The notes beneath the pieces were generated by a model. It worked only from the letters and a program-made list of their open reading frames with translations. It was not told where the DNA came from and did not search any database. Position numbers and translations under genes: made by a program. A stretch of DNA of 64,000 nucleotides from NCBI GenBank assembly GCA_049303835.1, contig JBAQNN010000002.1, positions 9,248 to 73,247 of the forward strand, written 5' to 3'. Positions within the stretch are counted from its first letter, which is position 1. Each line of letters starts with the position of its first letter. Of this stretch, positions 31,420 through 40,629 are shown piece by piece. Origin of the DNA: Minisyncoccia bacterium. GTDB taxonomy: Bacteria; Patescibacteriota; Minisyncoccia; Phycocordibacterales; UBA9973.

Positions 31420-31962
31420 TTAATTACTAATACAATAATTCATTCTAGCTACTACGGGAACTGAACTAGAGTAGTTGTCATAATTGCTAAGTGAACAATT
31501 GTTTTGGGTTGCAATATCTGTTGTAGTTGGATTTTTTAAATTTGCCCAAAGAGTATAATAATCTCCAGATATGTAAATCATGTATCCGGAACTATCTATA
31601 TTATTAGTAGTAGTTACTCCAGAAGGGTCCACTATCATTCCTCCTGCAACACCAGTATTAACAAGCCCATGAGCAACTGATCTATTGGCGACATAAGGGT
31701 AAGCAAACCAACCAACACCACCACTACCATAGGCGGCACCAGTACAATTATCTCTTACAATATAAGAACCACACTCATTATAGTACAATTCTAACGCTGT
31801 CTGAATTTGTTTTAAGTCCACTTTTCTCCTCGCATCTCTCGCTTTCTCTCTCGCAGAATTTAAGCTCGCAAAAACAACAGACGAAAGTAGGCTAATGATG
31901 GCTACTACTACCAGTAACTCAATTAAGGTAAATCCTTTTGTTCTGAACTGTCTAAAAAACAT
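31420..31962 (-). CDS. Type IV pilin-like protein
   Basis: KGFTLIELLVVVAIISLLSSVVFASLNSAREKARDARRKVDLKQIQTALELYYN. Confidence 0.7.
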   Translation of the reverse strand: MFFRQFRTKGFTLIELLVVVAIISLLSSVVFASLNSAREKARDARRKVDLKQIQTALELYYNECGSYIVRDNCTGAAYGSGGVGWFAYPYVANRSVAHGLVNTGVAGGMIVDPSGVTTTNNIDSSGYMIYISGDYYTLWANLKNPTTTDIATQNNCSLSNYDNYSSSVPVVARMNYCISN

Positions 31963-31971
31963 TTAATTATA

Positions 31972-32307
31972 TTATGGAATAATCAACTCTGGATACAATT
32001 CCATCATTTGGTCTTGTGGAATTTGCTTTTCTGATGAGAATTTATTTAATAACGTTTGTCCAAAAAATAAATAGAGCGAAATAAGCATAGCTATGGCAAT
32101 GAAAGTGAGTAAAACATACTCTGCCTGTTTTTGTTCTTTGATCGCGCCTCCGGACCATTTCATAATCAGTTGGACCATTTTTGGAATTTCAGAATTATTT
32201 GAGGTTTCAGAAACTTTTTCCGTCTGCTGGGTTTGATCTTTTGCTTCAAACTCTCTTAGAGCTTCCTCTATCTCAGTATTCTTATTTAAATCTAGGTTTT
32301 CATCCAT
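31972..32307 (-). CDS. Small single-TM protein, paralog B of the pilin-associated family
   Basis: Conserved MKWSGGAIKEQKQAEYVLL block followed by a TM helix. Confidence 0.4.
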   Translation of the reverse strand: MDENLDLNKNTEIEEALREFEAKDQTQQTEKVSETSNNSEIPKMVQLIMKWSGGAIKEQKQAEYVLLTFIAIAMLISLYLFFGQTLLNKFSSEKQIPQDQMMELYPELIIP

Positions 32308-32343
32308 AAGTAGTATTATAATCCACCACTAACAAAAAACATA

Positions 32344-32745
32344 TGGTGGAGATGGGGGAAATCGAATCCCCGTGCAGAAGGTTTTTGTAAAGAAGTCTAC
32401 ATACATAGCGCGCTTTTTTGTTTAGGTTAAAAAATTCTTAAGCGAGCCAAATATTTTTTAACCGATTCTCTTTGTTTCGGGAGAAAGCCGAGAAATTCTG
32501 TCCCCTATCCCGATAATGTTATGCCTCGTCTTATATATCGGAAGTCTATAAGAGAGACACGAGTTTACGCGAAAGCGGAAACTCGAGCGAAAGCAAAGTC
32601 ATTCATACCGAAGTATGGAGAGACTGCTACTTTCACCTTGGAAGCTAATTTTGCAATTAAGCTATTGAACGAATTTTTACGAGGTTACGTCCATGCTCGG
32701 TATGCATCAATGACAAAAGGCCGACTGTCTATGCCTGGCATCCCC
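32344..32745 (-). ncRNA. ssrA: tmRNA (SsrA)
   Basis: 5' GGGGATGCC pairs with 3' ..GGGGATTCGATTTCCCCCATCTCCACCA, a tRNA-like acceptor/T-arm. An internal ORF-like tag frame ends ..GCT TTC GCG TAA (..AFA*). It lies immediately upstream of smpB. Confidence 0.75.
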
Positions 32746-32767
32746 ATTTTTTAAAATATTTATATTA

Positions 32768-33214
32768 TCAACGTGCTTTGTATTCTCTTCTCACCTCACG
32801 ATCCGTCTCACGTTTTTTTATAGTTTCACGTTTATCAAACTTCTTCTTGCCTTTCACTAAAGCAATTTCTATTTTGATTTTTCTGTTTTTATTATACACT
32901 GAAATAGGCACGATTGTCAAACTCTTATTTCTCTCATTTTCCGCTAATTCTACTATTTCTTTTTTAGTTAATAAAAGCTTGCGGTTGCGCAGTGGATCAT
33001 AATCTTTTGGTGCATTTAATGGCTGAAATGGAGGGATGTTGGCATTTATTAAAAATATTTCCCCTCCCCGAACTATTACAAAGGCTCCCTCCAGAGACAT
33101 CTGCCCCGCTCGTACTGATTTTACTTCCGTACCCAAAAGCTCAATACCCGTCTCGTATTTTTCCAAAAATTCATAATTAAATCTCGCTTTTCTGTTTTCC
33201 GCATAACTAGCCAT
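32768..33214 (-). CDS. smpB: SsrA-binding protein SmpB
   Basis: MASYAENRKARFNYEFLEKYETGIELLGTEVKS.. Canonical SmpB, 148 aa. Confidence 0.85.
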   Translation of the reverse strand: MASYAENRKARFNYEFLEKYETGIELLGTEVKSVRAGQMSLEGAFVIVRGGEIFLINANIPPFQPLNAPKDYDPLRNRKLLLTKKEIVELAENERNKSLTIVPISVYNKNRKIKIEIALVKGKKKFDKRETIKKRETDREVRREYKAR

Positions 33215-33313
33215 TTATACATATTAACATAAATATCTCTTATTTGACTTTAGGCCTGAAATACGCTATTATTCCCTGGTAGCTAAAGCCTTTACCGGCC
33301 TACTTACATAAAA

Positions 33314-33817
33314 TTGCGAGAAAGAATAAACAACCAAATAAGGGCCAAGGAACTTCGGGTTTTAGACAGCGAAAATAAAAATCTAGGAATCTTGAGCATA
33401 AAAGACGCTTTGGAAATGGCGGAGAGTAAGGGTTTGGACTTGATTGAAATATCTCCAAACAGCAATCCCCCTATCGCAAAATTAATGGATTTCGGCAAGT
33501 ATCAATACGAGGCAAATAAAAAATTAAAAAAAGCAAAAGCTGGTGCAAATAAAACAGAAACAAAATCAATCCAGATAAAGATAGGAACCGGAGACCATGA
33601 TCTTGAATTGAAAGCAAAAACCGCTTCAAAATGGCTGAAAGAAGGACATAGAATAAAAGTGGAACTATTCTTGTCTGGCCGAGCAAAGTACATGGATGAG
33701 AAGTTTTTAAAAGAACGTTTAAATAGAGTATTGCATTTAATTACAGAAGATTATAAAGTGTCAGATACATACAAAAGAGGTCCAAAGGGTCTCTCCACAA
33801 CAATAGAAAGAAAATAA
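33314..33817 (+). CDS. infC: Translation initiation factor IF-3 (non-ATG start: TTG at 33314, or an upstream ATA)
   Basis: IRAKELRVLDSENKNLGILSIKDALEMAESKGLDLIEISPNSNPPIAKLMDFGKYQYE. Begins the infC-rpmI-rplT operon. Confidence 0.85.
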   Translation: MRERINNQIRAKELRVLDSENKNLGILSIKDALEMAESKGLDLIEISPNSNPPIAKLMDFGKYQYEANKKLKKAKAGANKTETKSIQIKIGTGDHDLELKAKTASKWLKEGHRIKVELFLSGRAKYMDEKFLKERLNRVLHLITEDYKVSDTYKRGPKGLSTTIERK

Positions 33818-33818
33818 T

Positions 33819-34004
33819 ATGAAAACAAACAAATCATTTACAAAAAGACTAAAACTCACCAAAAATGGAAAGGTAATTTCCCGAAAAGCGGGTTTTAATC
33901 ATTTCAATGCCAAACAATCTCGTGGAAGTCAGTTGGCCGGTCGCAAGGGTCAGAATTTCGTTATCAAAAACAAGCCGAAAAGCCACCTGTTGCCTTTCAG
34001 CTAA
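33819..34004 (+). CDS. rpmI: 50S ribosomal protein L35
   Basis: MKTNKSFTKRLKLTKNGKVISRKAGFNHF. Confidence 0.85.
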   Translation: MKTNKSFTKRLKLTKNGKVISRKAGFNHFNAKQSRGSQLAGRKGQNFVIKNKPKSHLLPFS

Positions 34005-34024
34005 ATTAATAATTTTAAAATAAT

Positions 34025-34369
34025 ATGACAAGAGTAAAAAAGGGAGTACATGCATTGAAGAGGAGAAGAAGTGTTTTGAAGCAAACGAAGGGGTTCCGAC
34101 ATGGTCGCAGCACCAAAGAACGTATGGCCAAAGACGCTCTTCTACACGCCGGTAGTTATGCTTTTGCTCACAGAAAAGATAAAAAATCTCACAATAGAAA
34201 ACTTTGGAATATCAAGATCAACGCCGGTGCTCGCGAACTAGGAGTGTCTTACTCAAAGTTGATCGGAGCACTAAAAAAGAAAAACATAGAGCTTGATAGA
34301 AAGATCCTCTCTGATTTTGCAGAACACCACCCCGAAACTTTCGCTAGAATTCTAACAACCATAAAATAA
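34025..34369 (+). CDS. rplT: 50S ribosomal protein L20
   Basis: MTRVKKGVHALKRRRSVLKQTKGFRHGRS.. Confidence 0.9.
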   Translation: MTRVKKGVHALKRRRSVLKQTKGFRHGRSTKERMAKDALLHAGSYAFAHRKDKKSHNRKLWNIKINAGARELGVSYSKLIGALKKKNIELDRKILSDFAEHHPETFARILTTIK

Positions 34370-34374
34370 GCACA

Positions 34375-34422
34375 ATAAAAAATCCCCCGTTAAAGCCTAC
34401 AGGCTTCAATGGGGGATTTTTT
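34375..34422. terminator. Bidirectional rho-independent terminator after rplT
   Basis: AAAAAATCCCCC..GGGGGATTTTTT hairpin with flanking A/T runs. Confidence 0.55.
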
Positions 34423-35047
34423 ATTGTGCGTCGGATACGGATTCTTTTACAATCTTATATTCTTGAATCTTATCTTTTTTAACTAGGGCGATGACTTCTT
34501 CTAGAAGCTTCTTGGGGTCATCTCCAGCAGCGACTTTTGCATTAGGACGATTACTTTTTTCTAAAATTTCTTTAAGTTCATTTCCCATTTCCCACGGACC
34601 TTCAAAGATACCTATAGGTTTTCCATCTTCAAAGGCAATGGTAAATTCGTGTATCGTCCCAATACGTCCACAACCACAGATGACAGCGTCAGCTGAACGA
34701 GTGAGCAAGAGATCACGGCCAGGATAACCAAAACCGGTATAAATAATCAAATCCATATAATCCAACGGGAGCTTATAAACTTCCGCGTGCTCCTTTTCGT
34801 TTGCAGCAGGAGAAATACCAATAGAAACCCCACCTTCCTCTTTTGTTCCCATAGCTACCCACAAAGGAAAGCCAGTCGTAGCCCCCGTCACCAAGACTGC
34901 CCCCTGACGAGCAATCTCTCTTCCTAGCTCTTTTGCTTTATCAAGAGCATTCAGTCCACAATGCCCCGTCTCGGCTGCTCCAGAAACACAGATTTTAATC
35001 TGACTATGTCCATGTTTTTGTAAAAAATTTCTTGTTTGATCATCCAT
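34421..35047 (-). CDS. Rossmann-fold nucleotide-binding protein of the LOG / TIGR00725-like family
   Basis: ICVSGAAETGHCG..GAVLVTGATTGFPLWVAMG..GCGRIGT pattern. Confidence 0.4.
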   Translation of the reverse strand: MDDQTRNFLQKHGHSQIKICVSGAAETGHCGLNALDKAKELGREIARQGAVLVTGATTGFPLWVAMGTKEEGGVSIGISPAANEKEHAEVYKLPLDYMDLIIYTGFGYPGRDLLLTRSADAVICGCGRIGTIHEFTIAFEDGKPIGIFEGPWEMGNELKEILEKSNRPNAKVAAGDDPKKLLEEVIALVKKDKIQEYKIVKESVSDAQ

Positions 35048-35078
35048 TTGATTCTATTATACAGTAATTTATATATTC

Positions 35079-36443
35079 CTAGCAAACGAGAGATACACTG
35101 CTTCCCTCTTCTGGAGCATATGCCTCAATTCCCAAATTATCGCGCAATTTTTGTACCAAAAACATTTCCGATTTTGGCTCACCCATAACTACAAAAACTT
35201 TTTTAAGTTTATCTTGCATGTCTTGTACAAAATTTAATAATCCGTCGGAATCTTTATGCCCCGAGTATCCTGAAATAAGTTCAATGTGTGCTCTAACCAC
35301 CACATCTTCTCCTGAGATGCGAACTGTCTTGACCCCCTCTCTGATCAAACGTCCCGGAGTACCGACAGATTGATATCCGGTGAGGAGAAGTGTGTTGTTC
35401 TGATCCGGTAAATAGTTCTTTTCGTGATGTACCACCCGCCCACCGGTAGACATTCCACTTCCAGCTATAACTATTTTAGGATTAGGCACATTCATAATCA
35501 TTTTGGATTCTTCGGATTTTAATGTGTTGCGAAGACCAGGAAATTCAAACAAATATTCTCCGGGAGACATCGCCGCTTGAGCCGCTTCGTTAAAATAACT
35601 TTTATATTGTTTAAAAACTTCAGTCAAACGTATCGCCAAAGGCGAATCAAAAAAAATAGGCATCACCGGTATGCGTTTATTGTCCACCAGAGCATCAAGT
35701 TCAAAAAGTAGTTCTTGGGAACGTTCAAGAGAGAAGGTGGGTATGACCAACGTACCCTTCCTTCTGTAGTTATCTTCTATCACTCCTTCCAGGAACCTTC
35801 TGCGATCTTGTCTGGACTCATGATTTCTGTCTCCATAGACAGATTCCATTATCAAATAATCTACATCGGTAACTTTTTCTGTATCAGGAAGAAGCGGAGA
35901 AGGGCTATTCCCCAGGTCTCCGGTAAAAAGAATTTTCTTGCCGTTGTAGACAAACTGCACCATGGCTGAACCCAAGATGTGTCCAGAGTTTAAAAATGAT
36001 ACTTCTAAATTTTCTTCAATTTTTATATTCTCGTGATACTCAAATCCTTCCCAGAGGGAGAGTGCCAGTTTTATGTTTTCGGGTGTATATATTTCATCCA
36101 ACTTTAAAATGGTATTCTTGCTTAAGATCTCCATCGTATCTTCAAGCATTATGCCCGCTAATCCACGGGTAGGTTTGGTAGAATAAATCTTTCCCCTAAA
36201 CCCCTCACTTATTAATTTTGGTATTCTGCCGATATGGTCTATGTGCGCGTGGGTGATAAAGAGAATATCTATGCTCTTCGGGTCATAAGGGAATGGATCC
36301 CAGTTTATATCATCAGCCATTTTTACTCCTTGGGTCAAACCGCAATCAATTAAGATTTTTTTGTCTTCAATCTCAAGCAAAAAATTTGCTCCTGTCACAG
36401 AGCCTGTTCCTCCCGCAAATGTTACTTTTGCAATTTTTTCCAT
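35079..36443 (-). CDS. MBL-fold beta-CASP hydrolase (RNA-metabolising metallo-beta-lactamase, RNase J / CPSF-like)
   Basis: HAHIDHIGRIP zinc motif, ~455 aa with a beta-CASP C-terminal region. Confidence 0.6.
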   Translation of the reverse strand: MEKIAKVTFAGGTGSVTGANFLLEIEDKKILIDCGLTQGVKMADDINWDPFPYDPKSIDILFITHAHIDHIGRIPKLISEGFRGKIYSTKPTRGLAGIMLEDTMEILSKNTILKLDEIYTPENIKLALSLWEGFEYHENIKIEENLEVSFLNSGHILGSAMVQFVYNGKKILFTGDLGNSPSPLLPDTEKVTDVDYLIMESVYGDRNHESRQDRRRFLEGVIEDNYRRKGTLVIPTFSLERSQELLFELDALVDNKRIPVMPIFFDSPLAIRLTEVFKQYKSYFNEAAQAAMSPGEYLFEFPGLRNTLKSEESKMIMNVPNPKIVIAGSGMSTGGRVVHHEKNYLPDQNNTLLLTGYQSVGTPGRLIREGVKTVRISGEDVVVRAHIELISGYSGHKDSDGLLNFVQDMQDKLKKVFVVMGEPKSEMFLVQKLRDNLGIEAYAPEEGSSVSLVC

Positions 36444-36805
36444 AGATAAAGAATAGCACATAATCCCCCCGATAGGTCAAAGAAAATGTCAGAGGTGGTA
36501 TCAAGTATATCAAATTGATTTCCAGCAATAATATTATTGAATATAATCTCAAAAACTTCCCAGGCACTTCCGATAAACAATACACCCAACCCAATTTTTA
36601 ATACAAATCCAAAACTAAAATCTAGGTTATCCTTGTACAAAATCCACAACAACAAAAATCCCACACAAAGTCCTCCCCAAAAATGCATAATTATATCAAA
36701 ATACCAAATTAAAAAATACCAATGAAGCTTTAACGCTACAAAATTTACCAAGCTAAGTAAAATAATGGCATAAGCTGAAATTTTAAAAAGTTTTTTTCTG
36801 TCCAT
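36422..36805 (-). CDS. Small polytopic membrane protein, hypothetical
   Basis: 127 aa, about four TM helices. Confidence 0.35.
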   Translation of the reverse strand: MDRKKLFKISAYAIILLSLVNFVALKLHWYFLIWYFDIIMHFWGGLCVGFLLLWILYKDNLDFSFGFVLKIGLGVLFIGSAWEVFEIIFNNIIAGNQFDILDTTSDIFFDLSGGLCAILYLWKKLQK

Positions 36806-36830
36806 TTTAGTATTCTACTATATTTTAAAG

Positions 36831-36856
36831 AAAAAACCCCGCTGTAGCGGGGGCCC
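36831..36856 (-). terminator. Rho-independent terminator / attenuator hairpin on the minus strand
   Basis: Minus strand reads GGGCCCCCGCTACAGCGGGGTTTTTTC. It lies 33 nt upstream of the ATG at 36805. Confidence 0.5.
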
Positions 36857-37083
36857 TTCTTAGGACTATCTCTGATGTATTACCGTAGCTTATAGCTAGG
36901 TGGGTGTTAGACGGATGCAACCAAGGCTACACTCGATCGAAACTCCCATAAATTAGTGTTCTAGGTAATAATCGGAAATAACCCTACTTAAAGTGTATTC
37001 TCTTTTAAAATTTTTGCAATAACTTTTTCAAAACAACACAATTCTAAGAGAATTTCAAATCAAATTTTCAAAAAAAATAACAA

Positions 37084-37602
37084 TTAATTCTTCTTTGTTT
37101 GTGTAAATTTTTCATGCACGGTTTCATAATCAAAAAGTTCATTTTCTGAAAACCAATGAGCTATTTCCGCCTTCGCTTCTTCTACATCACCAGAAGCATG
37201 AATAAGATTCGGAATACCAACTCCGTTAGCATCTCCATGACTATAACTCATATGGGCATAATCTCCGCGAATAGTCCCAGGTAGCGCAGATTTAGGTTCT
37301 GTAGAACCTACCATCTTGCGAACAAGAGATACGCATTCAATTCCTTCTAAAACAAAAGCGATAACTGGTCCAGAATTCATCATCTCTAAAGTAACATCGA
37401 AAACTTTTTGCCCCCTACGAGAAACCATTTTACCTATGTTTTCGTAATGATGAAAATAATGGTTGTAATCAGGCTTGAGCATTTTTGACCCGATGATTTT
37501 TAATCCGACTCTCTCAAAACGAGAGACAATGTCCCCCACTAGTCCCCTCTGAACAGCGTCAGGCTTTAAAACTATAAGAGTTCTTTCTTGTGGATTTGTC
37601 AT
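37084..37602 (-). CDS. ndk: Nucleoside diphosphate kinase
   Basis: ERTLIVLKPDAVQRGLVG, NLIHASGDVEEAKAEIAHWF, catalytic His context. Confidence 0.9.
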   Translation of the reverse strand: MTNPQERTLIVLKPDAVQRGLVGDIVSRFERVGLKIIGSKMLKPDYNHYFHHYENIGKMVSRRGQKVFDVTLEMMNSGPVIAFVLEGIECVSLVRKMVGSTEPKSALPGTIRGDYAHMSYSHGDANGVGIPNLIHASGDVEEAKAEIAHWFSENELFDYETVHEKFTQTKKN

Positions 37603-37649
37603 AATATTTGTATTCTAACAGAAAAAAGTATTTTTGCAAAATACAAATT

Positions 37650-40418
37650 TTACTCCATCGTCTTGTATCTTCCCATGATTTCCGCCTCTACTTCCGCACG
37701 ATCGCGGCCGTATTTTACATAAGAAAGTTCTTTTAGAGAATCTACAATATCCGGATTCCCCTTCTCGGGCGCAAGGGTCTTTAAGTTAAAAGGTTTAGTA
37801 GGTTGACCATTAACAAGCATATTTACATACGCATTGTAATTATCCAGTTTGGTTATATCTTGGGCGCTAAAAATTGGTTTAAATTTCGGCTCCAAAAATG
37901 TAGCATCTTCAGTGCCGACTCGGAAAACAGCCATAGAGCCCACGTTGCCGAAAACCGCATTTTTAATATTCTCTTCAAGTTGGGTAATGTACTGGTGCGC
38001 AATGTTGAGTGAGAGTCTGTATTTTCTAGCTTCGGATAAAATAGAAGCGATAGAATCAGTAGTGACATTTTGGAACTCATCTATGTAAAGATAGAAATCA
38101 TTCATTGGCTTGCCGAACATATCTACGCGAGAAAGCGCAGCCATCTGAATTTTCCCTACCAACACCAGTCCGATTAAGTTCGCATTTATGTCACCGAGCC
38201 TGCCTTTGGAAAGGTTGACCAGCAGAATTTTCTTCTCATCCATAATCTTCCTAAAGTTGAAAACGGAATTTTGCTGTAACACCACCGGACGCATGATGTC
38301 GTTTGAGATGAAATTATCAAACTTGGATGAAATATAAGGCACGAAGTTAGCCAAGGATTGGTCCCCTGTCGTCTGCTCGACGGAAACCCAGAATTGCTTG
38401 ATAATTGGATTCTTGCACCTGGCAAGTTTCAAATCACGAAACTCCTTGTCCGCCAGGACGCGGGTAATTTCAAGTAAGGTTGAGCCTGACTCTGGGTCTT
38501 CCATCACTAGGAAGGCGCTGTTGCGGAAATACTGTTCAAACATCGCCCCACCTCCCACCTTCATATCAAAAAGTTTGTTGAAAATTCCCATCAACTCATT
38601 CACTACAAAAGTCTTCTGTTCAGGATATTTCGGATCATACTCAAGCATATTGAGCCCCATAGGTCGCGCCGTGTAAGCGGGGTCAAAATAAATCACATCA
38701 TCAATACGCTCTTTGGGAATTCGCGAGAGAATAGTCTGGATATCGGTACCGTGCGGATCAATATAACAGCATCCATCTCCATTCTTGATATCTTGAGTTA
38801 TCATATTGAGCATAATGTTTGTTTTTCCCGTACCAGTCTGCCCCACTACATAGAAATGCCTCATGCGGTCTTCACGCGCCAGGTGAATCTCCGTATCTCG
38901 GCCTCGGTAACTATTGACCCCCAAAACAATACCTTCCTGCCCCATTTCAATCGGAGCCGGAGCGATACCCGCCCTGGCCTCTTTCAGTTGTGGTTGGCTG
39001 CCTATGCCTATCGGAAAATGAAAAACTGAGGCAAGCTCTTTTAAGTTCATGGGCAATGTTTTATCGGGAGAAAAAGTACGATAAGAAAAATCATGGAAAA
39101 GTTTTTTTAAATCACTTCCACTTAATTGCTCAAAAATTAAAGAATTGCTCGCCGCTTCAGAAAATTGATTAAAAGATGATTCTATCTCCCTTAATACTGC
39201 TTCGGCACGTTCTTTGTTTTCCCCCGAAGCGATAATGCGGATATTCGCTTTCATGATAGTGCTCTTTATCTTACTGCCTATTTTTTCCACTGCCCCCTCG
39301 TCTACTGCTCGTCTGCCTTTCATGTATTTTTCTTTATTTTCTTCTTCCTTTTTCTCCTTGTGCCCGAACAAAAGATCTTTCCCTACTTTCAAAAAAGCTT
39401 TGTTAAATTTATAGAAATTATCATCTGCATGTTTGACCGAAGTGCCACTTTTTACATCATCTAAAATTTTGTGAAATTCATTTATAAACTTATCACCGGT
39501 AGGGGCTATCACTATTTGAATCGCCGCTCCTTCGCCGGAAGTCTTTAATTTGGAGAATACATTCAATATAGGGTTCATCGGATCGTGCTCAATATTTTCA
39601 TAAGTTTTTATCGGCATCACAGCGCGCTCGGTGAAAGAAGCATATGCTCCTACTGAACCTCCATTTTCATTGAAAATATTGTAATCATCCGTTACCTCCC
39701 GAATTTTTGCATTATGGTAAAAAGCTAAAATCTGTTTCTCAAAAAGCGAGATATGTTTATTCGGTATGGCCGCATACACAACAACTTCATCACTTTTATT
39801 TTGAAGCGCTACCTCCAAGGTAAAATAATTTTCTTTTTCATTATTCTTGCCGATAGAGATGGATTGCATTCCTGCGTAAAATTGCTCCATCGCGCCAATG
39901 AATTCTTTAAATCCTTTTGATTTATCTGCTTCGTCTTCGGGGGGAGGGAGAGTAATTTCAAAAAGAGTCATTTTGAGAGCTTTATAAACTGGCGAATCCT
40001 CTCTGAAATCAAATGCCACCTGTCCATTTTTTAGATATTGAATAAGAATGCGATGAAAATCATCATCAATGTGTGGATTGCCCATTGCCCCCACTACAGA
40101 AATTGCATTCCGAATTCCCTTCGTGATAACTATACCCAAAAGTTCTTCCATCACTGCATCATGAGATTCAGGACGAAGAGCTAAGATGATACCTTCAGTT
40201 TCTTTTTTATTTAAAACGTTATCTTTGTGTACCAATTTTTCAGTCGGTATATTTTTATATTCACTTATCACCTCTCGTGTTGCATCTTCGGTCACATGTT
40301 CTATGTGCCCCAGATCTTTTAATTCTTCTTCTCTTTTGGCGACATGGGCACGCAAATAATCTAGCTCCTCTTCCGGAGTCTGGAACTTTGGCATTTCTTT
40401 AAAGAAATTCTTTTCCAT
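37650..40418 (-). CDS. Large P-loop ATPase of the FtsK/HerA/VirB4-TraD superfamily with a ~480-aa N-terminal region of unknown function
   Basis: Walker A VVGQTGTGKTN followed by the HerA/VirB4-like DPHG motif (CCYIDPHGTD), Walker B YLYIDEFQN, and LNIAHQ. Confidence 0.55.
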   Translation of the reverse strand: MEKNFFKEMPKFQTPEEELDYLRAHVAKREEELKDLGHIEHVTEDATREVISEYKNIPTEKLVHKDNVLNKKETEGIILALRPESHDAVMEELLGIVITKGIRNAISVVGAMGNPHIDDDFHRILIQYLKNGQVAFDFREDSPVYKALKMTLFEITLPPPEDEADKSKGFKEFIGAMEQFYAGMQSISIGKNNEKENYFTLEVALQNKSDEVVVYAAIPNKHISLFEKQILAFYHNAKIREVTDDYNIFNENGGSVGAYASFTERAVMPIKTYENIEHDPMNPILNVFSKLKTSGEGAAIQIVIAPTGDKFINEFHKILDDVKSGTSVKHADDNFYKFNKAFLKVGKDLLFGHKEKKEEENKEKYMKGRRAVDEGAVEKIGSKIKSTIMKANIRIIASGENKERAEAVLREIESSFNQFSEAASNSLIFEQLSGSDLKKLFHDFSYRTFSPDKTLPMNLKELASVFHFPIGIGSQPQLKEARAGIAPAPIEMGQEGIVLGVNSYRGRDTEIHLAREDRMRHFYVVGQTGTGKTNIMLNMITQDIKNGDGCCYIDPHGTDIQTILSRIPKERIDDVIYFDPAYTARPMGLNMLEYDPKYPEQKTFVVNELMGIFNKLFDMKVGGGAMFEQYFRNSAFLVMEDPESGSTLLEITRVLADKEFRDLKLARCKNPIIKQFWVSVEQTTGDQSLANFVPYISSKFDNFISNDIMRPVVLQQNSVFNFRKIMDEKKILLVNLSKGRLGDINANLIGLVLVGKIQMAALSRVDMFGKPMNDFYLYIDEFQNVTTDSIASILSEARKYRLSLNIAHQYITQLEENIKNAVFGNVGSMAVFRVGTEDATFLEPKFKPIFSAQDITKLDNYNAYVNMLVNGQPTKPFNLKTLAPEKGNPDIVDSLKELSYVKYGRDRAEVEAEIMGRYKTME

Positions 40419-40532
40419 TTATTTAATTATACACCACCCCAGCCCCTCCTCCAAAAGAAATAGAGGAAAACTTGCACCACACCTCACCCCTGCCCCTCCT
40501 CCATAACTAAATTATAGCGAGGGGTAAATGCG

Positions 40533-40555
40533 CGCTAGGCAAGACCTAATACAAA
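40533..40555. repeat. Degenerate third copy of the REP-like palindrome (GCGCTAGG-caaga-CCTAATAC) plus an upstream CCCCTCCTCCA direct repeat
   Basis: Similarity to the elements flanking the transposase gene at 41480 and 42182. Confidence 0.4.
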
Positions 40556-40629
40556 CCTTTCCACTAAACTGTCAAACATTGGATATCCGAATACAACAAT
40601 CTTCTACAGTTACGATATAATCAATTCTA

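Noticed and set aside
32344-32745. Possible protein-coding ORF in the 32521..32754 region (77 aa, plus strand)
   Set aside because: The region is the minus-strand tmRNA, which has a tRNA-like 5' and 3' end and sits adjacent to smpB.
36866-37000. SRP RNA, 6S RNA or RNase P assignment for the GC-enriched intergenic segment
   Set aside because: None of the conserved motifs (GGAAGGAAGCAGCC of SRP, the P4/CR-I blocks of RNase P) could be found. Only an unclassified structured element is reported.
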